Positions 17,561-27,586 are shown, counted from the first letter of the stretch. The stretch is 64,000 bases of DNA from an uncultured Spirochaetales bacterium (GCA_964470375.1 CAYYCP010000001.1:63686-127685), one strand, 5' to 3'. The notes: generated from the sequence alone by a model not told the origin. Made by a program: numbers and translations.

Positions 17561-19555
17561 ATGCCCTATGGCATTGCTTTTCCGGTCACTCTAGGCTTAA
17601 ATGGCAGCATGACGGAAGCCAAGGCGCGTTCGATGCTGGGAGAGGCCATGCGCGCCGGGCGCGAGCGGGATTATCCGCGCGCGGCCTCTGTCCTCACCGA
17701 GCTCCTGTCCGAGAACGACGGTCCGCCCGAGGCCTTTCTTCTCCTGGGACGGGCCCGCCACGCCATGGGCCAGCACGGGGCCGCCATCCTGGCCTACCAG
17801 GCCTACCTGGACCGCGGCGGTGAGGCTGCGGCGGCATTCTTCTTTTCAGGTCGCAGCTTCCTGGCTATGGGTCTGCCCGGCCGGGCCGCGGAGATCCTCC
17901 AGCGTTGCGCCGAGCTGGCGCCCAATTCGGCCCAGTGCCTGGGCCTCCTGGGCTACGCCCTTCTCAAGCAGGGCCGGGCCTCCAAGGCGGTGGATGTCCT
18001 CATGCGGGCTGTGGAGCTGGCTCCGGAGGACGGGCGCATCTACCGCGGCTACCTCAACGCCCTCTTCGTGTCGGCCGTGCGCTGTCTTTCCGCGGGCGAC
18101 GCCGACATGGCTCTGCAGATGCTCAGCTTTGTGATCGACAATGGACTAGAGGGTCTGCCGCCCCTGATGTACCGGGCCAAGGCCCTTTTCCGCATGGGTC
18201 GCTGGGAGGAAGCCCTTGAGGCCTACGACCTCATCATCTCCCGCTCCGGACCAGACGCAGCCCTCCTTATGGGCAAGGCCCTGGCCCTGGGCGCATTGGG
18301 CCGTACCCGCGAAGCCCAAGCCCTCTGGGACGATCTCAGGGGCTCCATGGAGGGTCTGCCCGAGTCCCTGCCCGCTCTCCAGGGCTATCCGGCCCTGACG
18401 GCCATCTCGGCTCTCCAGCGCGGTCTCCATCGCGAGGCCGCCGATGCAGCCCTGGAGGGCCTACGCTCCGCCCCGCGAGATGCCCTCCTCCACGCCCTGG
18501 CAGGGGAAGCCTATCGCGCTCTGGGCGGCCAAGCCAAGGCCGCTAACCACTTCAAGCGGGCCCTCGAGGTAGATCCGGGCAATGCCGGGGTGCGTTCCGC
18601 CCTGGCCGCCTCTCTATGGGCTCTTGGAGACCTTGAGGGCCTGGAGCACGAACTCAGGGCCCTCGGCCGCTCAGGCGGTTCTCAGGACATCGTCCAGTAC
18701 TACAGCCTCCTCCTGGAGTCTACCCGATCCGAGGCCAGTCCGGAGCTCCTCCGGCGCATCCTCAAGGGCATCGAAGCCATGGGTCCCGACCCCGAGCTGA
18801 TGCGCCGGGCCGCCGAAGCCGCCTGGGACATCGGCTCGCCCTCCCTGGCCCTGCCCTGGTACCGCCGGCTTTCGGATATCAGCAAGCCTGATCCAGGGCT
18901 ATTCGGGCGCCTCATCGACTGTCTTGAGGAGTTGGGGCCTCCCGAGGAGCTCGAGCAAGCCTATCAGAGGGCCCTCCAGTCCCTGCCGACCGAGGTTGGG
19001 CTCAGACTGCGCTACGCCGCCAAGCTCCTGGCCGTGGAACGCTGGGAGGACGCCTACGCGCAGTACGAAGCCGCCCTCCCCCAGCTCCAGGACAAGGCCC
19101 GATGCCTCCGTTCCATGGCCCTCTGCCTGCGCAAGGCCGGTCGCTTCCGGGAGGCGGCCGTCATTTACCGAGACCTGGCTCTCAAGCGCCCTGACGACAA
19201 GGCGGCCGCTAAGGGCCTGATCTACTGCCTCTTCAAAATGGGTCGCCCCGCCCTTGCCTGCGCCATGGCTGAATCGGCCGCCCGTCACTTCCATGGGCAA
19301 GCCGATATGGTGTGTATCCTGGCCTGCCTCCTGGCCCGGGCCGGCAAAACCGAAAAGGCCCTGGACGCCCTTCGTCGGCTTGCCGATTCCGCCCCCGCCG
19401 ATCCCAGCCCCTGGCTGATGATGGCCGACATCCACGCCGCCAGAGGCTCACGCGAATCCGAAAACCGCTGCCGATCCCAGGCCGAGGCTATCGCGCGCGA
19501 GCTCAAGAAAAAGGGCCGCCCGGCATCGACCGGACGGCCCCGTACCCCAAGCTGA
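17561..19555 (+). CDS. tetratricopeptide (TPR) repeat protein
   Basis: 664 aa of recurring ~34-aa A/L/G/Y-patterned helical repeats (e.g. AILAYQAYLDRGGEAA, AAEILQRCAELAPNSA, AVDVLMRAVELAPEDG). Confidence 0.75.
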   Translation: MPYGIAFPVTLGLNGSMTEAKARSMLGEAMRAGRERDYPRAASVLTELLSENDGPPEAFLLLGRARHAMGQHGAAILAYQAYLDRGGEAAAAFFFSGRSFLAMGLPGRAAEILQRCAELAPNSAQCLGLLGYALLKQGRASKAVDVLMRAVELAPEDGRIYRGYLNALFVSAVRCLSAGDADMALQMLSFVIDNGLEGLPPLMYRAKALFRMGRWEEALEAYDLIISRSGPDAALLMGKALALGALGRTREAQALWDDLRGSMEGLPESLPALQGYPALTAISALQRGLHREAADAALEGLRSAPRDALLHALAGEAYRALGGQAKAANHFKRALEVDPGNAGVRSALAASLWALGDLEGLEHELRALGRSGGSQDIVQYYSLLLESTRSEASPELLRRILKGIEAMGPDPELMRRAAEAAWDIGSPSLALPWYRRLSDISKPDPGLFGRLIDCLEELGPPEELEQAYQRALQSLPTEVGLRLRYAAKLLAVERWEDAYAQYEAALPQLQDKARCLRSMALCLRKAGRFREAAVIYRDLALKRPDDKAAAKGLIYCLFKMGRPALACAMAESAARHFHGQADMVCILACLLARAGKTEKALDALRRLADSAPADPSPWLMMADIHAARGSRESENRCRSQAEAIARELKKKGRPASTGRPRTPS

Positions 19556-19566
19556 GTCGCTCTGTC

Positions 19567-22239
19567 TCAGGCCTTGGCCTTGGCTTTGACCTCCGCGCGG
19601 TGGGCCTTCTCCTTCTCCAGCTCGATCTGCACCACCGCCAGGAGGGATATGGGCACTTGGTAGGGCGAGCAGGACACGTAGTCCAGCCCGGCATCCATGC
19701 AGAACCTCACATTCTCCGGGACGGCCCCATGCTCGCCGCATAGGCCGGTGGTAAGGCCGGGGCGAGCCAGGCGCCCGCGCCGCACGGCCATGGCCACCAG
19801 CTCCTTGACCGGCGGTTCCAGGAGCGAGAATGGATTTCCTTCCAAGAGGTCATATTCGGTGTAGTCGGGCATGAAAGAGTTGAAGTCATCGCGCGAGATG
19901 CCGCAGGTCGTCTGGGTGAGGTCGTTGGTGCCGAAGCTGAAGAACTCGGCGTAGCGGGCGATGTCCCCAGCCTGCAGGGCGGCCGCCGGCAGCTCGATCA
20001 TAGTGCCCACGCGGTACTTGCAGGGTCTCGCCTTGAGCTCCTTGCGGACTTCTTCCTCGATCTCGACCAAGCCGCGGTAGTGTTTGCCCTCTATATTCTT
20101 TCCGTACAGGATCAACTTGAGCTCAGCCGAGTTCATGACGATGGGAACCATGATCTCCGGATGCACTTCAACCTTCTCCTTCTGGAGCTGGTAGACGGCT
20201 TCGAAGATGGCCCGGGTCTGCATCTCGTAGATCTCGGGGTAGGTGACGGCTATACGGCAGCCCCGGTGGCCCAGCATGGGGTTGAACTCTGATATGGAGT
20301 CGCAGGTGGCCTGGACGTCCGCGCGGGTAATGTTCTTCTTGCCGACCGATGCCATGTGGGCGATGAAGGCGTCCATCTCGGCGTTGTTGTGCGGCAGGAA
20401 TTCATGTAGGGGCGCGTCCAGGAGGCGGATAGTCACTTCCTTGCCGGCCATGACCTTGAAGATGCCGTAGAAGTCCTCGCGCTGCATGGCCTTGAGCTTG
20501 GCCAGGGCCTTCTCGCGCTCCTTTCGGCTGGCCGACATGATCATCTCGCGGAAGGCGTTGATGCGCTTCTCGTTGAAGAACATGTGTTCGGTGCGGGTAA
20601 GTCCGATGCCGTCGGCGCCGAAGGACAGGGCCAGCTTGGCGTCGCGCGGGTTGTCGGCGTTGGCGCGCACGTGGAATTTCTTGAGCAGCTTCTTGCATAT
20701 AGCGATGAAGTCCAGTAACCCTGAGCTGCTGGGATCCGGCTCTATGAGGTCGGCCTTGCCCAGGTAGATCTGCGGCTCACCGTAGTAGGGGATGTTCAGG
20801 GTGATGTAGTCCCCCTCGGTGATGGTGATATCGCCTATGGTGGCCTTATTGCCCTTGAAGCGCATGTCAGGGCGGACCAGCGAGACCTTGCCGTATTGGC
20901 GGGCCACCACCGAGGCGTGGGCGGAATAGCCTCCCTCGGATGACAGCACGCCCTTTGCCACCTCGATGGCCTTGACGTCCTCGGCGAAGGTGGCCGGCAT
21001 AACCAGGATGCAGCGGGTATCCTCACCCTTCTGATGGGCTATACGCACAGCCTCTATCAGGTGCTCGGTTGTGAAGTAGGCCCGCCCGATAGCCGCGCCC
21101 GGCGCGCCGGTGATGCCTCCGGTGACGCCGGTCAGCTTCTTGACGGAGCGCATGTCCACAACCGGATGGAGGATCTCGTTGAGTTGGCCGGGCTTGATGT
21201 GGCTGACCACGAAAACGTCGTCCACTATGCGGCGCTTGTTGAGATCCAGGTATAGGCGGATGTCGGCCTGGGTGGACTTCTGGTCCACCGCCCGCTGCTC
21301 TATCAGCCAGAGCTTCTTGTTTTCGATGGTGAATCGGATCTGGCGGATCTCCTTGAGATGGTCTTCGATCTTTTGGGCTATCTTGCGGAGCTCGGAAAGA
21401 TACTCAGGCCCGATCTTGAGAATATCCTTTCCGGATGAACCGATCTCGTTGAACTTGTCTTGGTAGAATTCGCCCTGGAGTTCCTTGTCGCCCGTTACGA
21501 TGTTGCGGGTGAAGAAAGCCCCCGAGGCGGAATCCTTGCCGTAATTGCCGTAGACCATGGGCTGGATGACCATGGCGGTGTCCTGATCGTTCTGCTCGTC
21601 CATGGACAGGAGCTCGGATATGCGCTTAAGCGAGCATACCAGCTGGGAGATCGGGCTGTCGAAGAAACCCTCGGGCAGGTAGGCCTTGAAGCCTTCCATA
21701 ATCTCCAGGGCGCCCGAACGCAGCTTGTCCTGCTTGAGGGCGGCCGAGACGCGCTTCTCCACTTCGTCTATCAGGGCCTGCCTCTTCTCATCCTCCTTGA
21801 GCTCGGCGATGCGCGACTCTATCTTGAGCATACCCCGGATCAGGAAGAGCAGCTCATGCACGGCGAAGTTGGGGCCCACGTACTTCTCGAAGCCGGCCAG
21901 GGTCTCCCGGGTCAGGCCGAAGTTGTGCATCGTTGGGTAATTGGAAATGGTCAGGTTGGGCGACACGACGATCTTGAGCAGCAGGGGATTGCCCGGATCA
22001 CCGTAGCCCTTCTTGACGATGGTCTCGACCCTCTTGAGGAAGGGAGCTATGTCCCTGGCGACGTCGGCCTGGGCCAGGGCGCTGGCGCAGCTGGCGTCCA
22101 CGATGAAGCCCGGGAGTATGGGCAGGTTCATTTGGGCGAATTCGTTCACTAATCGACCGCGTATGCCCAGGAGCTGGGGGTCCACGGTGCTCTTTACGGT
22201 ATCCTTCTGGCTGAAGAAATGAATGCTCATTTTCTGCAT
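19567..22239 (-). CDS. ppdK: pyruvate, phosphate dikinase
   Basis: 890 aa. Phosphohistidine region GGYSAHASVVARQYG. PEP-utilizer C-terminal motifs FFSFGTNDLTQTT and GLCGEHGAVPE. The RBS AGGGGGA lies just upstream. Confidence 0.95.
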   Translation of the reverse strand: MQKMSIHFFSQKDTVKSTVDPQLLGIRGRLVNEFAQMNLPILPGFIVDASCASALAQADVARDIAPFLKRVETIVKKGYGDPGNPLLLKIVVSPNLTISNYPTMHNFGLTRETLAGFEKYVGPNFAVHELLFLIRGMLKIESRIAELKEDEKRQALIDEVEKRVSAALKQDKLRSGALEIMEGFKAYLPEGFFDSPISQLVCSLKRISELLSMDEQNDQDTAMVIQPMVYGNYGKDSASGAFFTRNIVTGDKELQGEFYQDKFNEIGSSGKDILKIGPEYLSELRKIAQKIEDHLKEIRQIRFTIENKKLWLIEQRAVDQKSTQADIRLYLDLNKRRIVDDVFVVSHIKPGQLNEILHPVVDMRSVKKLTGVTGGITGAPGAAIGRAYFTTEHLIEAVRIAHQKGEDTRCILVMPATFAEDVKAIEVAKGVLSSEGGYSAHASVVARQYGKVSLVRPDMRFKGNKATIGDITITEGDYITLNIPYYGEPQIYLGKADLIEPDPSSSGLLDFIAICKKLLKKFHVRANADNPRDAKLALSFGADGIGLTRTEHMFFNEKRINAFREMIMSASRKEREKALAKLKAMQREDFYGIFKVMAGKEVTIRLLDAPLHEFLPHNNAEMDAFIAHMASVGKKNITRADVQATCDSISEFNPMLGHRGCRIAVTYPEIYEMQTRAIFEAVYQLQKEKVEVHPEIMVPIVMNSAELKLILYGKNIEGKHYRGLVEIEEEVRKELKARPCKYRVGTMIELPAAALQAGDIARYAEFFSFGTNDLTQTTCGISRDDFNSFMPDYTEYDLLEGNPFSLLEPPVKELVAMAVRRGRLARPGLTTGLCGEHGAVPENVRFCMDAGLDYVSCSPYQVPISLLAVVQIELEKEKAHRAEVKAKAKA

Positions 22240-22248
22240 GGCTTCCCC

Positions 22249-23343
22249 CTAGAACAGAGCCGGAATGGTATTGACCGGGAACTTCAGGAAGGCCTCGAAC
22301 ATGTGGCTGGCTCCCTGCCTGAGATAGCGCTGAAGCTTGGCCACATCCACGATGTCATCACCAGCCACCTTGAATTCGATGCAGGTGCCGCGCTTGACCT
22401 TGCCCCACTTGAAGAGCGAGTTGAGGTTGGTGATGCGCTCGCCGTCGTAGTAGACGAATACCTCCAGGCCCGGGTGCTTGGTGGTGTAGCTCTGGATGAT
22501 GCGCTTCCAAGCCTCTACGTTGCCGTTGTGGAAGAGCTCGTTGGTGACCGGCACTGCGTACATGGGCGTCATCTTCTTGGCGCCGGCCGGGGCGGTCGCC
22601 ACCGCCGGCGTCGCCGGGGCCAGGGCGGTTTGGGGCGCGGCGGCGGCCGGTGCGGCCTGGAATGCCGGTCCGCGGGCATGGGCGGCCATCACATCCGCTG
22701 CGGAGACGCTGGCGCGGACTGCCTTGGGTGCGGCCGCCTTAGCTGTCCTGGGCGCGCGAGCGGCTGGGGCTGCGGCCTGTGCGGCCTTCTTCTTTTTCGG
22801 CCGATAGACGAATTCGCCCTTCTTGAGGGCGGCATCGGCCTTGCCTCCCCGCCCCTGGATGAGGTCCACGAGGCTACGCGCAGCTTGAAGGGCCAGGCCG
22901 GCCTTGCACGGCTTGGCGAAGGCTCCGGCATAGGCGGTGACGCATTCATTCTTGGAGAAGCGGTCAAGCCCGGCCATCTGCTCAGCGTTCTTGGGGTTGA
23001 GGACGAGGGTACCCAGGTCAGGGTGATGGTAGACTAGGACTAGGTCGACTGCGTTCCAGGCCTTGACCACATCGGTCAGCGCGGCCAAATCTGCCGTGAC
23101 CGAGGCCAGGTTGGCGGATACCGATACGTAGGGATGCTTCTGCCCTATGATCATGCTGACCACTGCGGTTATTTCGTCTTGCACCATCTCCTTGGATGCC
23201 AGGGCCTCGTTTATAAGGTCAGCCAGATTTTCACCTGCCTCGAAGCGGTCCAGAATGGCTATGGTGCCCTTGATATGCCTTACAGACGCGTTGAATTCCT
23301 CGCGTATGGCGAGCCGTTCATATTGGGTGGCGGTATCCTTCAT
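22249..23343 (-). CDS. hypothetical protein, two globular halves joined by an Ala/Pro/Lys-rich linker (positional equivalent of T. pallidum TP0747)
   Basis: 364 aa. It lies 9 nt upstream of ppdK and downstream of the cfpA terminator. The linker runs KKKKAAQAAAPAARAPRTAKAAAPKA ... ATAPAGAKK. No family motif recognised. Confidence 0.6.
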   Translation of the reverse strand: MKDTATQYERLAIREEFNASVRHIKGTIAILDRFEAGENLADLINEALASKEMVQDEITAVVSMIIGQKHPYVSVSANLASVTADLAALTDVVKAWNAVDLVLVYHHPDLGTLVLNPKNAEQMAGLDRFSKNECVTAYAGAFAKPCKAGLALQAARSLVDLIQGRGGKADAALKKGEFVYRPKKKKAAQAAAPAARAPRTAKAAAPKAVRASVSAADVMAAHARGPAFQAAPAAAAPQTALAPATPAVATAPAGAKKMTPMYAVPVTNELFHNGNVEAWKRIIQSYTTKHPGLEVFVYYDGERITNLNSLFKWGKVKRGTCIEFKVAGDDIVDVAKLQRYLRQGASHMFEAFLKFPVNTIPALF

Positions 23344-23361
23344 GCGTTTCCCCTTTTACGG

Positions 23362-23390
23362 AAAAAGCCCCCGCCTCTGGGGCGGGGGCT
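23362..23390 (-). terminator. rho-independent terminator downstream of cfpA
   Basis: On the minus strand: AGCCCCCGCC-CCAGA-GGCGGGGGCT followed by TTTTCC. This is a perfect 10-bp GC-rich stem starting about 20 nt after the cfpA stop. Confidence 0.65.
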
Positions 23391-23410
23391 TCGTTCTGGA
23401 TCAGCGCGCT

Positions 23411-25480
23411 TTAGATCTCCCTGAGGCCGGAATCCCGTCCGCGTGAGCGCGAGACCGGCTTGGCTTTCCTTCCGGAATCGACCACGCCCTTCTTCTTGGC
23501 CTGGGCCCGGGCCGGAGCGGCCTTGGGCTTGGCCTTGGGGGCGGACGGACGTACGGTGACGGCCGGGGGAGACGCGAGGCTTTCCTCCAGGGCGGGGGTG
23601 GCCAGGTCGCTCATGAAGCCCGCCTCAGCGGAGGGGCCCTCATCAACCGGGACGGCCGCGAAGGACTGGGCGATGTCGGCCCTGACCGTCGAGCGGCGCC
23701 TCGAGAAGGAGGCGAAGGCGGCGTCCTGGAAGCCCTTGGACACGCCGTGCAGGAACTCGTTGAGCACGTTGGCCATTCCGTCCAGAGTGGCCTTCTTGCG
23801 CTTGATGGAAGTGATATCCACGTCCAGGAGGAGGCCCGGCTGGATGTGATAGGGGTTGATCATGTAGTCGAAGCGGTTGAACTCCTTCTCCAGGAACTCC
23901 AGGCGCTCCTCCATGACCCGGCGCTCGATGGGATACTGGTAGGAGTACATGGCCTTCATGCGCTCGCGCATCAGAACGAGCATCTTGCGCAGCTTGTCCT
24001 TCTCGTAGAGGTAGGTCCGGTTCATCCTCTCCACTTCGGTGTCGGCGGACTTGACGAAGGAGATCTCGTCCCAGGCCTTAGCCAGTTTCTCGTACAGGGT
24101 GTCATCCGGGTTCTTGGCCTTCTTGCGGGCGATCCTGCGCCTGTAGATCTTGGCCAGGTCGTCGAAGTCGGAGATGCGCTTCAGGAACTTGGACTTCTCA
24201 TAGGTCAGCTCCAGGCAGTCCCAGAGGTGCTTGACCTCCTTCTGGAATTCATGGATCTGCACGTCGTAGGCGGCCCGCTCGGCGTTGAGCTGGGCGTTGT
24301 CGTAGTAGCGCATGCGGATCTGGTAGCGCTCGTCCGGCAGGACGTCGGTATTGGTGTCCTCGTACTCGCGGATGATGAGCTCGCGGGCGTTCTTCAGGTT
24401 CTCTATATACTGGTAGCCCATCTTGGAAGTATCGAGGATGGACGTGATCGAGTTCACCGCGGTGTTGAATCCCCTGTTGCGGATGTTCTCGATGTCCATG
24501 ATCTTCTTGAGGTTTTCGCGGATATTGAGCTGGTCGAAGGTGGCCGGGTCGATCTCCGCACGGATGTCGCTGAGACGGTCCATGAGGGCCTTGGCCAGGT
24601 AGGTGTAGCGGCGCGACTTGGGATCGTCGACCTTGTCGTCCGTGTGACTCTCCACCATGCCCAGGCGCTTGAAGATGATCTCGCCGTCGGACATCTCCTC
24701 CTTGCCCTCGTCCAGGAGCTTGTCCTTGAGCTGCTCGATCTCGCGGTCAATGGTGTCGATGATGTGCTTGGAGATGAGGTCCTTGATCAGATACTCGATG
24801 GTCACCTGGTAGTGGAAGATCGGGCTGATCAGCTCGGAATCCAGAATGTTGACCGACAGCTTGACGTCGCAGACGGTCTTGGGCTTGCGGATGTTGTCCT
24901 TGAAGGCGCACTTGACCACGGAGTAGGCGTTCTCGCCGCGGATGAAGGCGCCCACGTCGGTCTTCTGGCGCAGGAGGCTGTTGGTCAGGTTCTCCAAGTC
25001 ATTGACACCGCGCTGGACGTGACCCTGGAGGTGGCCGTACATGTTGATGATCGATTTCTCGATCTCGCCGGTGTTGAACTTGTCGGCCCCGCCGACCTGA
25101 TCCAGAAGCTCGGCGATCTCCTTGGGGGTATAGCGGGCCAGGACCTTCATTTCCTCGCGGTCGATGAAATTCCTGACCTTCTTGGTCATCTCGTCCTCGG
25201 TACTGGTGATGTACCGGTTGAACATGTTCTGGTAATTCTGGTTGAAATAGTTGTAGAGCTTCTCCTTGATGCCGCCCATCACGTCCAGGCGCTCAAGGAC
25301 TTCCTTAGGGAGGCGGGAGGTAAGGTGATGGAGTACCTTGTTCGTCTCCTCCTCCAAAAGCTGATTGACTTCCTTCTGCTGATCACGCCCCTCCTGGGCG
25401 AGAGAGTTTCGGGAACCGACCGCGCTCGGCTTTTCCGGGTGGAATACGTTAGGACTCTTGGGCAGATCGATAGCTCCCAT
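23411..25480 (-). CDS. cfpA: cytoplasmic filament protein A (CfpA)-like protein
   Basis: 689 aa, rich in E/K/D/I/N/Y and helical. The RBS AAGGAG is 6 nt upstream, and the gene has its own intrinsic terminator. Size (~78-kDa class) and position two genes from ppdK match Treponema CfpA (TP0748). The assignment rests on remembered synteny and size, not on an alignment. Confidence 0.7.
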   Translation of the reverse strand: MGAIDLPKSPNVFHPEKPSAVGSRNSLAQEGRDQQKEVNQLLEEETNKVLHHLTSRLPKEVLERLDVMGGIKEKLYNYFNQNYQNMFNRYITSTEDEMTKKVRNFIDREEMKVLARYTPKEIAELLDQVGGADKFNTGEIEKSIINMYGHLQGHVQRGVNDLENLTNSLLRQKTDVGAFIRGENAYSVVKCAFKDNIRKPKTVCDVKLSVNILDSELISPIFHYQVTIEYLIKDLISKHIIDTIDREIEQLKDKLLDEGKEEMSDGEIIFKRLGMVESHTDDKVDDPKSRRYTYLAKALMDRLSDIRAEIDPATFDQLNIRENLKKIMDIENIRNRGFNTAVNSITSILDTSKMGYQYIENLKNARELIIREYEDTNTDVLPDERYQIRMRYYDNAQLNAERAAYDVQIHEFQKEVKHLWDCLELTYEKSKFLKRISDFDDLAKIYRRRIARKKAKNPDDTLYEKLAKAWDEISFVKSADTEVERMNRTYLYEKDKLRKMLVLMRERMKAMYSYQYPIERRVMEERLEFLEKEFNRFDYMINPYHIQPGLLLDVDITSIKRKKATLDGMANVLNEFLHGVSKGFQDAAFASFSRRRSTVRADIAQSFAAVPVDEGPSAEAGFMSDLATPALEESLASPPAVTVRPSAPKAKPKAAPARAQAKKKGVVDSGRKAKPVSRSRGRDSGLREI

Positions 25481-25558
25481 TGCTAACTCCTTACTATAAG
25501 AAAATCTGCACTGAGCATAGCCCTTCTACCTCGAAAAAGTAAAGAGGAGAAAAAAAAT

Positions 25559-25587
25559 TTGTTAGCCTGTATTTTCCATATTATAGT
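25559..25587 (+). promoter_or_regulatory. candidate sigma-70 promoter for the vWA gene
   Basis: TTGTTA-N17-TATAGT in the only AT-rich intergenic region of the window. It would give a leader of about 100 nt. Confidence 0.4.
25580..25585 (-). promoter_or_regulatory. candidate -10 element (TATAAT) for cfpA
   Basis: A perfect TATAAT on the minus strand about 100 nt upstream of the cfpA ATG, overlapping the plus-strand -10. No convincing -35 (TCCATT/TTCCAT at 17-18 nt). Confidence 0.3.
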
Positions 25588-25692
25588 AAACTACCGTGCG
25601 AAAATGGAATGTGATGCTGGAATTGAGCTTGTTCCGGCGGCTTTTCGAAACTGTCCGCTGTTTACAAGGGCTTCTGGTATGACCACTGGTCG

Positions 25693-26628
25693 ATGGAGAA
25701 AGTGATGAAAGGCATAGCATGTGCGGTCATCGGCCTTTTCGTGGCCCTTTCCGCCTTCAGCGACACCCGGATCGAAGCGATGGATTTTTACATCCTCTAT
25801 GATCGCTCCCTTTCCATGGCCGAAGAGGGAAAATCAGAGGATTCGAAAAACTGGCTCATCAGCGCCTTCATCGGTCCGGTGGTAATACCAGGTGATTATG
25901 TCTTCCTCCTCAGCTTTTACGGGAAAACAGAGACGATATGGGACGGTCCCGTAGCCGATACCACGCAGAAGCAGGAGCTCATGCGGCGCATCCAGGCCCT
26001 CAAGCCGGACGGCCGTTGGACGGATATCGGCGGAGCCCTGGACGCCCTCAAAGCCAGGCTGGAATCCTCCATCAACAACGGGAGGAAAAAGTACATCATC
26101 ATCGTCAGCGACGAGATCGCCGAGCCGCCCCCTGAATCGCGCTACTTCTCCAAGGACGGAAGCTTCTCGCACGCCTATCTCACCTATGTGAGACGCGAGC
26201 GCCACGGGGCCTGGAAGGTCATCACCCTGGGGGTGGGCCTGGACCAAAAGGTTGAAAGCGGGGTGCGCGAGCTCTCCTCGGTCCTGAGCGCCTTGCCGCC
26301 CGAGCGCCTGGCGGGCACGGATCCCCGCCTGATCGGGCCCGATGCCGGAGAGGGCCCCGAGGATGGCGCGGCCACTCAGGGAGGCCCCGGGGATGCCCGG
26401 TCCGTCGCCGATGCCCGGGACGGCACCGATGCCCTGAGCGCCGGACAGGCGAGGGTCGGCGCCGGAGGGAAGGCGCCCTGGCTCATCCCGGCCGTCCTGG
26501 GAGCCCTGGGGCTGGGACTCCTGATCGTACTGACCATCCTAGTATTCCGGGCTCTCCGCTCAAAGCGCGCCGATGAAGATGAAAAAAAAGAAGAAAAGGT
26601 CGAAGATGCCGATCCAAGACGCACTTGA
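25693..26628 (+). CDS. von Willebrand factor type A (vWA) domain protein, C-terminally membrane-anchored
   Basis: Signal peptide. The MIDAS DxSxS motif is YDRSLSM, and a later TDIGGAL and IIIVSDE fit the vWA fold. A Gly/Asp/Pro-rich linker follows, then the TM helix WLIPAVLGALGLGLLIVLTILVF and a charged tail. Confidence 0.75.
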   Translation: MEKVMKGIACAVIGLFVALSAFSDTRIEAMDFYILYDRSLSMAEEGKSEDSKNWLISAFIGPVVIPGDYVFLLSFYGKTETIWDGPVADTTQKQELMRRIQALKPDGRWTDIGGALDALKARLESSINNGRKKYIIIVSDEIAEPPPESRYFSKDGSFSHAYLTYVRRERHGAWKVITLGVGLDQKVESGVRELSSVLSALPPERLAGTDPRLIGPDAGEGPEDGAATQGGPGDARSVADARDGTDALSAGQARVGAGGKAPWLIPAVLGALGLGLLIVLTILVFRALRSKRADEDEKKEEKVEDADPRRT

Positions 26629-27586
26629 CTTCATTGGGCGCCATACGCGCTTCCTCATCACGACCCATGAATCCGCGGACGCCGACGGAATAGGGGCCGA
26701 ATACGCCCTGGCCCGCGGACTAGCGGGAGCCGGCAAGGCATGTCGGGCCCTCAACGCCGAGGCCGTGCCGTCGCGCTGGGCCTTCATAGACCCGCGCGGC
26801 CTCATCGCTGCGGCCGGCTCAGCCCTGACCCCGTCCGCGGACGAGGCCGTCATCGTCCTGGACACCTGCGACAGGATCAGCGCCGGCATCACGGCCCTGG
26901 ACGCCGAGATGCTGGTGATCGACCACCATGACATCGTCCCGGACCAGGCCAGGGCCGCCTGGTTGGATCCGGCCGCCAGCTCCACTTGCGAGATGGTCCT
27001 GGAGCTTCTTCGATCCTTGGGCATGCCCCTGGAAGAGGATATGGCCCAAGCCCTCCTGGCCGGCATAAGCTTCGACACCGGCAACTTCGCCTTCCATAAG
27101 ACCGGGCCGGCCACATTTGAGGCCGCCCGCTTCCTGACCCTGGCCGGAGCCTCGCCCTCAAGGGTGCACGAGCTCCTCAATGAGAGCAGAAGCCTGGCCT
27201 CCCTCCTCCTCCTCAAGCGGGCCGTCGCGAGCCTGGAGTTCTCCATGGATGGCCGTCTGGCCCGCCAAGTCCTCCTCAAGTCGGATTTCGAGGCCACCGG
27301 TGCCCTGTATGAAGACGCCGAGGACCTCATCAACCTGCCCCTGAGGGCCAGATCGGTCGAGCTGTCGGTGCTGTTCAAGGAGACGCCCGAGGGAGTCCTG
27401 CGCTGCTCCCTGCGCTCCAAGGGCGCCGTCAACGTGGCCGCCATCGCCCAACGCATGGGCGGCGGGGGTCACAAGACGGCCGCAGGCTTCAAGTGTCGCA
27501 AGGACGCGGACGCCACCATGCCCGAGCTGGAATCGGCTGTCAGGGCGGTTCTCCCTGCCGCCGCGAACGGGGGTCCGTGGGCATGA
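26606..27586 (+). CDS. nrnA: DHH/DHHA1 phosphoesterase (NrnA-type nanoRNase / pAp phosphatase)
   Basis: ITTHESADADGIGAEYAL, VLDTCD, LVIDHH and the DHHA1 motif GGGHKTAAGF. ATG 26606 (MPIQDALDFI) is preferred over the ORF-track start at 26573. Confidence 0.85.
   Translation: MPIQDALDFIGRHTRFLITTHESADADGIGAEYALARGLAGAGKACRALNAEAVPSRWAFIDPRGLIAAAGSALTPSADEAVIVLDTCDRISAGITALDAEMLVIDHHDIVPDQARAAWLDPAASSTCEMVLELLRSLGMPLEEDMAQALLAGISFDTGNFAFHKTGPATFEAARFLTLAGASPSRVHELLNESRSLASLLLLKRAVASLEFSMDGRLARQVLLKSDFEATGALYEDAEDLINLPLRARSVELSVLFKETPEGVLRCSLRSKGAVNVAAIAQRMGGGGHKTAAGFKCRKDADATMPELESAVRAVLPAAANGGPWA

Noticed and set aside
23747-25486. 579-aa ORF on the plus strand opposite cfpA
   Set aside because: It is a shadow frame antisense to a well-supported gene. 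Its composition (V/L/D/G/H repeats such as [14 protein letters not shown]) is the mirror of E/K/D/I-rich cfpA codons. It has no RBS and no motif.
26582-26589. A8 homopolymer near the 3' end of the vWA gene, just upstream of the nrnA start, as a possible slippage or phase-variation tract
   Set aside because: It encodes part of the K/E-rich tail (DEDEKKEEK). A frameshift would change only the last ~15 residues, and the tract length is modest. There is no evidence of variation from a single sequence.
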